DNA of 64,000 nucleotides, from NCBI GenBank assembly GCA_964016885.1, contig OZ024743.1, positions 68,944,001-69,008,000 of the forward strand, read 5' to 3'. Both the position numbers and the translations under genes were made by a program. A model generated the notes under the pieces. The model saw nothing but the letters and a program-made list of their open reading frames with translations. It was not told the origin of the DNA and did not search any database. Source of the stretch: Eledone cirrhosa. Lineage: Eukaryota. Shown in pieces: positions 55,819 to 64,000 of the stretch; position 1 is the first letter of the stretch; every line of letters starts with the position of its first letter.

Positions 55819-55865
55819 TGCTTACAGCTGTTTCCTCCAAACCGAGGTTTGGATTCTTCGGAGCA
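55819..55865 (-). ncRNA. Minimal type I hammerhead ribozyme (left arm)
   Basis: Reverse complement of 56191-56237. Confidence 0.75.
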
Positions 55866-56190
55866 ATTCATTAATGCATGGACAGTTATATGACCTCCTT
55901 TTCAGCCGAGAGACATACCGATACATATTCAAACATTGATACATATTCAAACATTGTGGGTCAACATTCATTACAGAATTTAGAGTGGCAGTACACACTT
56001 CGAGATTACATTTATATTAAGAGGTACAATCAAAAATCAAAAATACAGGTTAAAATACAACATGAAGATAAGCGGTTATATAGTGCAAATGTTGACCCAC
56101 AATGTTTGAATATGTATCAATGTTTGAATATGTATCGGTATGTCTCTCGGCTGAAAAGGAGGTCATATAACTGTCCATGCATTAATAAAT

Positions 56191-56237
56191 TGCTCCGAAG
56201 AATCCAAACCTCGGTTTGGAGGAAACAGCTGTAAGCA
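56191..56237 (+). ncRNA. Minimal type I hammerhead ribozyme (right arm)
   Basis: TGCT-CCGAAGA-ATCCAAACC(TC)GGTTTGGAG-GAAA-CAGCTG-TA-AGCA; palindromic stem III ACAGCTGT. Confidence 0.78.
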
Positions 56238-56461
56238 CAATAATGTTTTGAACAGTTCTTTGATTCTTATATTTCATATAACTGCTCTGTAAATCATCTG
56301 ATGTTTTTACATTGAGCTACTTAACTTACTGGTAATAAGGTAGTAATACATTACTGCCTACCACTATTTAGGGTGTGTGTAAAATACTTATAACTGCATA
56401 AGGTTTTGTGTTTACATAACCATAAATAGTATAACTAATACTATATATATATATATGTGTG

Positions 56462-56554
<93 letters not shown>

Positions 56555-56558
<4 letters not shown>

Positions 56559-56770
56559 CTTTATATCTGGAGATCTCCATGCACTTGTGGCCACATGGTA
56601 CCATGGGCCCAGCACTATGTGTCAATAATTGTCACAAGTGTAGTGTTTGTACCAAAGTTTACAAGTCGCTGGCTGGACTAAAAAGTCACACTCGTAGTGG
56701 TTCGGTAGGGGTTTCTCCTACATGGATATAAAGTAGAGGCCGTACTCGAAAACGAGTTGGCAGCCACCAT
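56555..56770 (+). mobile_element. 3' fragment of the RTE-derived element, copy 3
   Basis: Matches 11812-12028. Confidence 0.8.
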
Positions 56771-56777
56771 ATATACA

Positions 56778-56821
<44 letters not shown>

Positions 56822-56858
56822 TGTGTATTTATGTTTATATATATATTTATATATACAC

Positions 56859-56908
<50 letters not shown>

Positions 56909-56929
56909 CTGTATATATATATGTATATG

Positions 56930-57026
<97 letters not shown>

Positions 57027-57049
57027 GTGTGTGTGTGGGTGTGTGTGTA

Positions 57050-57743
<694 letters not shown>

Positions 57744-57971
57744 AATACATAGATATATATATGTATAGTAATAATAATAAATTTGAAGACTAAATTCAAA
57801 AGAAGGCTCGATGAGGATAAATATATATCAAATATATAAGAACCGTAGAGCAGATATTTTAATAAATATATATATATATATATGCGTGTGTATGTGTATA
57901 TGTAAATGTTTATGTATATATATATATGTATATAAACATATTTATATATTTGTGTGTGTGTGCGTGTGTGC

Positions 57972-58019
<48 letters not shown>

Positions 58020-58082
58020 GTGTATATGTGTATATATGTATATATGTGTATATATGTGTATGTAAATATATGTATATATATC

Positions 58083-58425
58083 AATGATATTAAATAAATG
58101 GAAACTATATTTATAATTTTATAATTATAAATATAGTTTCCATTTATAATTTTATACTATCCAGGAAAAACTTGAACCGTTAAGATCTTCTTCCTGGATA
58201 TGTCAATATTTATAAAACAAACTTTGTATTTTATCTGATGAGAGCATCCCAAAGTTTTGGTACCCTTGAAATATATATAATAGAATAAATCTGGTTTTAT
58301 AAATATAGTTTCCATTTATTTAATATCATTTATATTATACTCCACAAAATCTGTCGAATGCTTAGAATCAGTTATAAACATTTATATTGTTGAATTTCCA
58401 ACAAATTAAATATCCCTTTGGGCTT
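58083..58425 (+). mobile_element. HHR-bearing element with short inverted 5' arm
   Basis: 58083-58117 is inverted relative to 58296-58330; homologous to window start. Confidence 0.65.
58227..58287 (+). ncRNA. Type I hammerhead ribozyme
   Basis: TATTTTAT-CTGATGA-(imperfect stem II)-GAAA-TATATA-TA-ATAGAATA. Confidence 0.65.
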
Positions 58426-58543
58426 ATATATATATAATATATGATTTATAACACATGCTCAAACTAAGCACACAAAACACAGAAAAAAAAGATGGCGTAG
58501 GAGAGAACAAAGGAGAGGCACAAAACAAAGAAAAGAATCCCCA

Positions 58544-58586
58544 GTCACTGAAGAGATCACAGAATTTGTGACGAAAGAACTTTGAC
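58544..58586 (+). ncRNA. Minimal type I hammerhead ribozyme
   Basis: GTCA-CTGAAGA-GATCACA(GAATT)TGTGAC-GAAA-GAAC-TT-TGAC. Confidence 0.6.
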
Positions 58587-58786
58587 AATATATGAATAAC
58601 TTTCCGGTTGTGGAACCAACCAACCAACCGGAAATTTATAATAAATTGGAGTGAAGTCATCTGGTGCGTGTGTTTCTTATTGGCAACATGACCCTCCAAA
58701 AGTATAACAATATCGGTTTCAACACACGTTTTCAGATAAAGAATCTTGCTAAACAAATTCAGAAACGAAATATATATATATATATA

Positions 58787-59570
58787 CTAGCAGAGTGGCC
58801 CGGCGTTTCTCAGGATTTGCTATAGGGTTCTTATATATTTGAAATATATTTATCTTTATCGAACCTCGTGAAATAAATATGTTTGTTTATATTTTGTTAT
58901 TGTGTATGCAAAAATATATGTCGATAAATATATAATTATATATATATATATATATATATTAAAATAACAGACTAAAGTTTAAGCAAAGAATCACTGCTTT
59001 CACCCTTAACGGGATATTCTACCTAAAAGCAGTATGAAGTACATACACTAAGACTAATTGATGTAATCTTTGGCCTTGTTTGTTTATATTTTCTTTTTGA
59101 GTATGCAAAAATATCTGTACACGAATATCTAGATTAAAATAACATATTAATGTTTAAGCAAAGAATCGCTGCTTTCAACCTTAACGGGATCTTCTTAAAC
59201 TAAAAAAATCAATCTGGAAAACAGGAAGACGATACTTTGGTTCGTGAAGACGTTCCCTGGCATAAGAATATATATACACACACACACTGATCGCGTCATA
59301 ATGACGTAATGCAGACAGTTAGGCATACAGACAGATATTATGAAGGCGCGATGTTATATCTATGTATCTATATAAAAAGAGAAAGACTAAGAGAAAGAGG
59401 TCGCTAAATCGCCTAATGCGGTCCCTAGGGCATTGAAAATTTGAAATTTGTTTTGCTCAAAACACTTCCGGGGTCATACGAGTTACATGTATAAAGTTTG
59501 AAAAAAACCGGTTGGGTACTTCTCGAGTTTTAGGGAAACAGACACACAGACATCCTCTGTTTTATATATA
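58787..59570 (-). mobile_element. Non-autonomous Helitron
   Basis: Minus-strand 3' end CCTGAGAAACGCCGGG..GCTAG|T; 5' end TATATAAAACAGAGGATGTCTGTGTGTCTG merges into (TA)n. Confidence 0.65.
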
Positions 59571-60704
59571 TATATATATATATATAATAAATCAGGAAAG
59601 AAGGTTTACATGGTTTACACACATATACATATATATAAATATATATACACATATATACACATGCATGTATACATAGACACATACATACACACAATTGTCT
59701 GTAAGTACCTCATCTACCAACAATCTTACTCCTTTTCAGCTGCTGCAATCATTTGATCCTAGATCCTAGTTTTTCTCATTTCACTACTACAATGTTACTC
59801 TACCTTCTTTTTGCCATAATTACAATTAGCACGCTTTTCTCTTTGCATGTATGTATATTTTTGTACGAGTGTATATTGATGTGTATGTATGTGTCTATGT
59901 ACACATGCATGTGTATATATGTGTATATATATTTATATATATGTATATGTGTGTGTGTGTGTATGTGTATGTGTGTGTGTGTGTGCGTAGATATATGCGT
60001 ATATTAATTCGTTAACCTCTGTATTAACTCTACAACTATTGAGCTTTGACAGTGGTCCCACTCATGTATACTGTTGAAGATGAAGAGAAAGACTGTAAAA
60101 ACTAGCTTATCTTTATAATTTAAAATTGATACACACTACGATACTTTTTGCCTTATGACAGCTGGTTTTCACGCCGTAACATTAGATACATTATATACCC
60201 CCCACCTAAGTAATGTCAGGGTCTCCTTAAATAGTTTATTGATAGCATTGTTGTAATTGTTGTTATTGTTCTAATTGAATGCCATCACTACTCCATATAG
60301 TAGCCTGTATTTTCTTTTCTTTTCTTGCCTGTGTATTTTCTTCATTCTCGCATGCTCCGAAGATCTGACTGGTTATAATTCTGTATTGGCGATCGAGTAA
60401 CGCAAAATTAAGCGGATAGCGATCTCTAGACATACCAGTTCAGTGAAACAAATGTAAGCTATGTGATTAAAAACTTTTTTGTATAGCAAACCAAGTAAAC
60501 CTTCTTTCCTGATTTATTATTACTCCAAGTGTTTACAACATAGGAATTACAGCATACCCGCAGCATCACTATGAAAACGCCTTGTTGAGTCAAACCAAGC
60601 CAAACGTTAATATCATCCACTACCTGGAATACCATAACTGGAGTTCACCTAAGCGGACTGCATTTAACTATTATTTGTTAATCCGTATATATATATATAT
60701 ATAT

Positions 60705-61415
60705 AATATATAGTAAGAAACACAGTAAACCGTGCGTCTAAAATTACAAGGGTTGAAAAACCACATATGCTTGAAATATTTAACCAAGAAACAGACAGAA
60801 TGACAAAATGAAAATAAAAATATATTATCATAATAATACAAACCGCCTCAATAACCATTATATCTCTCGGACAGATTAACCCTAATCTGTTTCGCCCTGA
60901 GTGTGTTTGTAACAGATAATCCTGGGCTTCATCAGCGAGAGATTGCGATTAAATGTCACAAACACTATTTGCCAACATTCACACAGAAAGATGAATTTAT
61001 CACCTCGTGCTCCGCCAGTCAAACGTGGTAAGCGCGTATTGAACAGAAATAACAGTCCAACACATCCAAATATATATATATGAATTAGAACCCTGTAACC
61101 ATTAAGCTCTAAGTATAAAGTACAAATAAATACTGAGCCGATTAACAATATATAGTAAGAAACACAGTAAACCGTGTGTCTAAAATTACAAGGGTTATTG
61201 AGGCGGTTTGTATTATTATGATAATATATTTTTATTTTCATTTTGACATTCTGTCTGTTTCTTGGTTAAATATTTCAAGCATATGTGGTTTTTCAACCCT
61301 TGCAATTTTAGACACACGGTTTACTGTGTTTCTTACTATATATTGTTAATCGGCTCAGTATTTAATTGTACTTTATACTTAGAGCTTAATGGTTACAGGG
61401 TTCTAATTCATATAT
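60705..61415 (-). mobile_element. 442-bp HHR unit (1.1 tandem copies) plus inverted copy
   Basis: 60705-60750 repeated at 61147-61195; 61192-61415 is the reverse complement of 60705-60856 and 61070-61195. Confidence 0.8.
60862..60943 (-). ncRNA. Fully paired type I hammerhead ribozyme
   Basis: ATCTCTCG-CTGATGA-A-GCCC..GGGC-GAAA-CAGATTA(GGGT)TAATCTG-TC-CGAGAGAT: 8-bp stem I, 8-bp stem III, GUC site. Confidence 0.88.
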
Positions 61416-61418
61416 ATA

Positions 61419-61463
<45 letters not shown>

Positions 61464-61575
61464 ATGTATGTATATATATATATGTGTGTGCGTGTGTATA
61501 TATATATATATATGGGTATAAGAGTGTGGTCTTTTGTGAGTGTGTCGGAGTAAATGCTTTATATATATATGTATA

Positions 61576-61648
<73 letters not shown>

Positions 61649-61805
61649 GTTTAAAGAAAAGGGAATTCTTTAAAAGCTAATTCTTTAAAGCTATAACTTA
61701 TATTTGGAGTGACAAAGGCAGAAAGAATTCTATAAGCAGGATCAATTTTGGGGTACCTCTCCTTATTGTTAAGTTTCTCTTAAAGTATATTTCAGGTGTC
61801 TACAA

Positions 61806-61873
<68 letters not shown>

Positions 61874-62025
61874 ATATATATACATATATATATATCCCAA
61901 TCACCACCCTCTCCTACCACAAGAAAATATATAAATACCACCATATTTACTTGGACAGTCAGCTTCCTGACGATTTCTCACGAATGAAACGGAAATCCGT
62001 CCGTACATATATATATGTGTGCATG

Positions 62026-62056
<31 letters not shown>

Positions 62057-62111
62057 AAATATATGATGAAACACAGATACCAACACATCTGTATTTATAT
62101 TGCAAATAATA

Positions 62112-62149
<38 letters not shown>

Positions 62150-62562
62150 AATACTACTGTACGTCTGTATTAGGCTGCTCAGCCGTTAATATGCATAAGG
62201 AAAGTATATACTTTCAGACGTTCAACCATCTGGCAGGAAGGTATACGTTGCTGATGATGACTAATAACCTGGAAACTAGTACAGCGTTCCTTTGTCATTG
62301 TTGAAAAAATGAGCAACGATGGTTGCTAGACACTCTACGGCTTAATTCGGGATGTTTGTTTACAAACACGCCGAGCATTATAATAAATGTTCGGTGAATC
62401 TATACGTACATATATATATGTGTGCATGTATGTATATATATATATATATATATATATACTACTCAACGTCTGTATACATGTATGTATGTACGTATACATA
62501 CTTATATTTAAGTAACAGCCGTACTAAGAGTGATAAATGAAATTTTGTTTCATTTTTTACAT
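62150..62562 (+). mobile_element. ~447-bp HHR family copy (5'-truncated)
   Basis: Homologous to 52685-53088; same 3' end. Confidence 0.8.
62245..62287 (+). ncRNA. Type I hammerhead ribozyme (stem II damaged)
   Basis: ACGTTG-CTGATGA-TGACTAATAACCTG-GAAA-CTAG-TA-CAGCGT. Confidence 0.6.
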
Positions 62563-63216
62563 ATATATATATATATGTACAAATACACGCATATATATAT
62601 ATATATATGTATCTATTCAATTTTATAGGGACCAGCGCTTAAATTCTTCTGGCTTTTTTATGTGCTTAAAACTATTTCTTTTTTCTATTTTCAATTCTTT
62701 CCTTTTAAAAAAAAAATGTTTTCAATCTTTTACCTTTTTATTCACTTTTTATCTTTTTATATTATCTTCCTTTTACTTTTTTTATTATGTTTTAATCATT
62801 GTTTGTATTTCATGATTTTGTGTGCCATCAATTGTATCTGCATCTTGTGAGATCTGCTTTTGCCATAGCATTTAGCTGTGGTGCTTAACAACTCTAGCAT
62901 GTACTCTCTCCTTATTCGCCATCTCCGATCTCCCTATCTTTACCCTCTATTGTATTCCGATTGTTCGTGGGACTAAGCTTGATAGAGCTTATACTCAGCA
63001 CTGTGTTTATTAAGCTCTGATTCCTACCCATAGGTATGGATGAAACATTGTAAGCAAATAAAAACTATTTGAGTATCTAAGCGTTCTTTGGTTTCTGTTA
63101 CATATAACGGCTCTGTTCCCGTACATTGAGCTAATACAATACCGTCAAAATATGACACGGTGCGTGTGTGCTTATACACATGCACTCCGTGCTATACGTA
63201 CGTAAATAAATATATA

Positions 63217-63252
<36 letters not shown>

Positions 63253-63553
63253 TGTATATATCATTACCTTCTGATAAAACTCCGCATCTCTAGTGTGTCA
63301 ATGATCAATTTTCAATAATTGTGGTTGGCAAATCTTTTCGGGGATCGAAACTAAAATTTTTTCGTCCAGGCGAAAAATAATCAGTATCTCAACCCTTTCT
63401 TTGTTAAACTGTTGGAATTCTTAAATTTCTTTGATCGTTATTGACCTGTTCGTTCTACATTGGTACTGCTGTCGTATGAACAAAATCGATAATTCACATT
63501 CGCATTTGTGCCTATGTTAACAAATAAATCTAAATTCCCCACTATATATAGAT

Positions 63554-63621
<68 letters not shown>

Positions 63622-63657
63622 TACGGAATAATCAAAACAATGTTCAAAACATTTTAT

Positions 63658-63705
63658 TGCTGACAATCGTTTCTTCCAAACTTTCGTTTGGGTTTCATCG
63701 GAGCA
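63658..63705 (-). ncRNA. Minimal type I hammerhead ribozyme in short repeat 63618-63810 (family of 53138-53335)
   Basis: TGCT-CCGATGA-AACCCAAAC(GAAA)GTTTGGAA-GAAA-CGATTG-TC-AGCA. Confidence 0.72.
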
Positions 63706-64000
63706 CTAGCAGAGTTTAGAATATAATTAAGTTCCTATACTACAGAACAATCATAAAGATACATAGATATTAATATTGTCATCAACAGTTTCATATTTAC
63801 AGAGTGGAGATGTTGAGATCAGTGTCAGTCGATGCGACAAAGATTACAAAAGAATAATATAACAATTAAAGAGGCATTAAGGCAGAAAGTTACTCACAAA
63901 ACGAGGATATTAGCAGTACATATGCAAGCGTATAGAGAGTGAAAATGTGTTAGGCATGTACAGAATAGCTAGGTAGGAAACAAGCAATGGTACTAGGCAT

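Larger units (their letters stand above)
55776..56325 (+). mobile_element. Young fold-back element with HHR in both arms and ~45-nt tail
   Basis: Arms 55776-55968 / 56088-56280 differ at only ~2 positions. Confidence 0.85.

Noticed and set aside
60355-60405. TGCT-CCGAAGA core-like motif
   Set aside because: No GAAA or stem III downstream
61960-62005. CTGACGA-TTTCTCACGAAT-GAAA-CGGAAATCCGTC, related to the minus-strand motif near 53540
   Set aside because: Stems II and III form but there is no stem I partner; not called as a ribozyme

Overview
Repeat-dominated eukaryotic (animal) genomic DNA; the SINE type and extreme (TA)n/(TATG)n/(GA)n load suggest an octopus-like mollusc (inference). No intact host gene is evident and almost all short ORFs in the track are microsatellite artefacts. 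Recognisable content: three R4/Dong-type RLE LINEs, two Tx1-type L1 LINEs, two CRE-type fragments, an RTE-derived non-autonomous element (3 copies), two non-autonomous Helitrons, tRNA-type SINEs, a 44-bp satellite with higher-order structure, and the C-terminal GIY-YIG part of a Penelope-like element (PLE). The most interesting signal is non-coding: about 20 type I hammerhead ribozyme (HHR) motifs, some intact and some decayed, in at least 6 sequence families. They lie in short protein-free elements embedded in (TA)n tracts, either as head-to-tail ~440-470 bp units (a 5-copy array at 758-3220) or as fold-backs with a one-sided 30-50 nt tail. This looks like a diversified retrozyme/PLE-satellite system. 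Two families show covarying ribozyme helices and a conserved ATGCAAAT octamer. All structures were folded by eye and coordinates of decayed elements are approximate.
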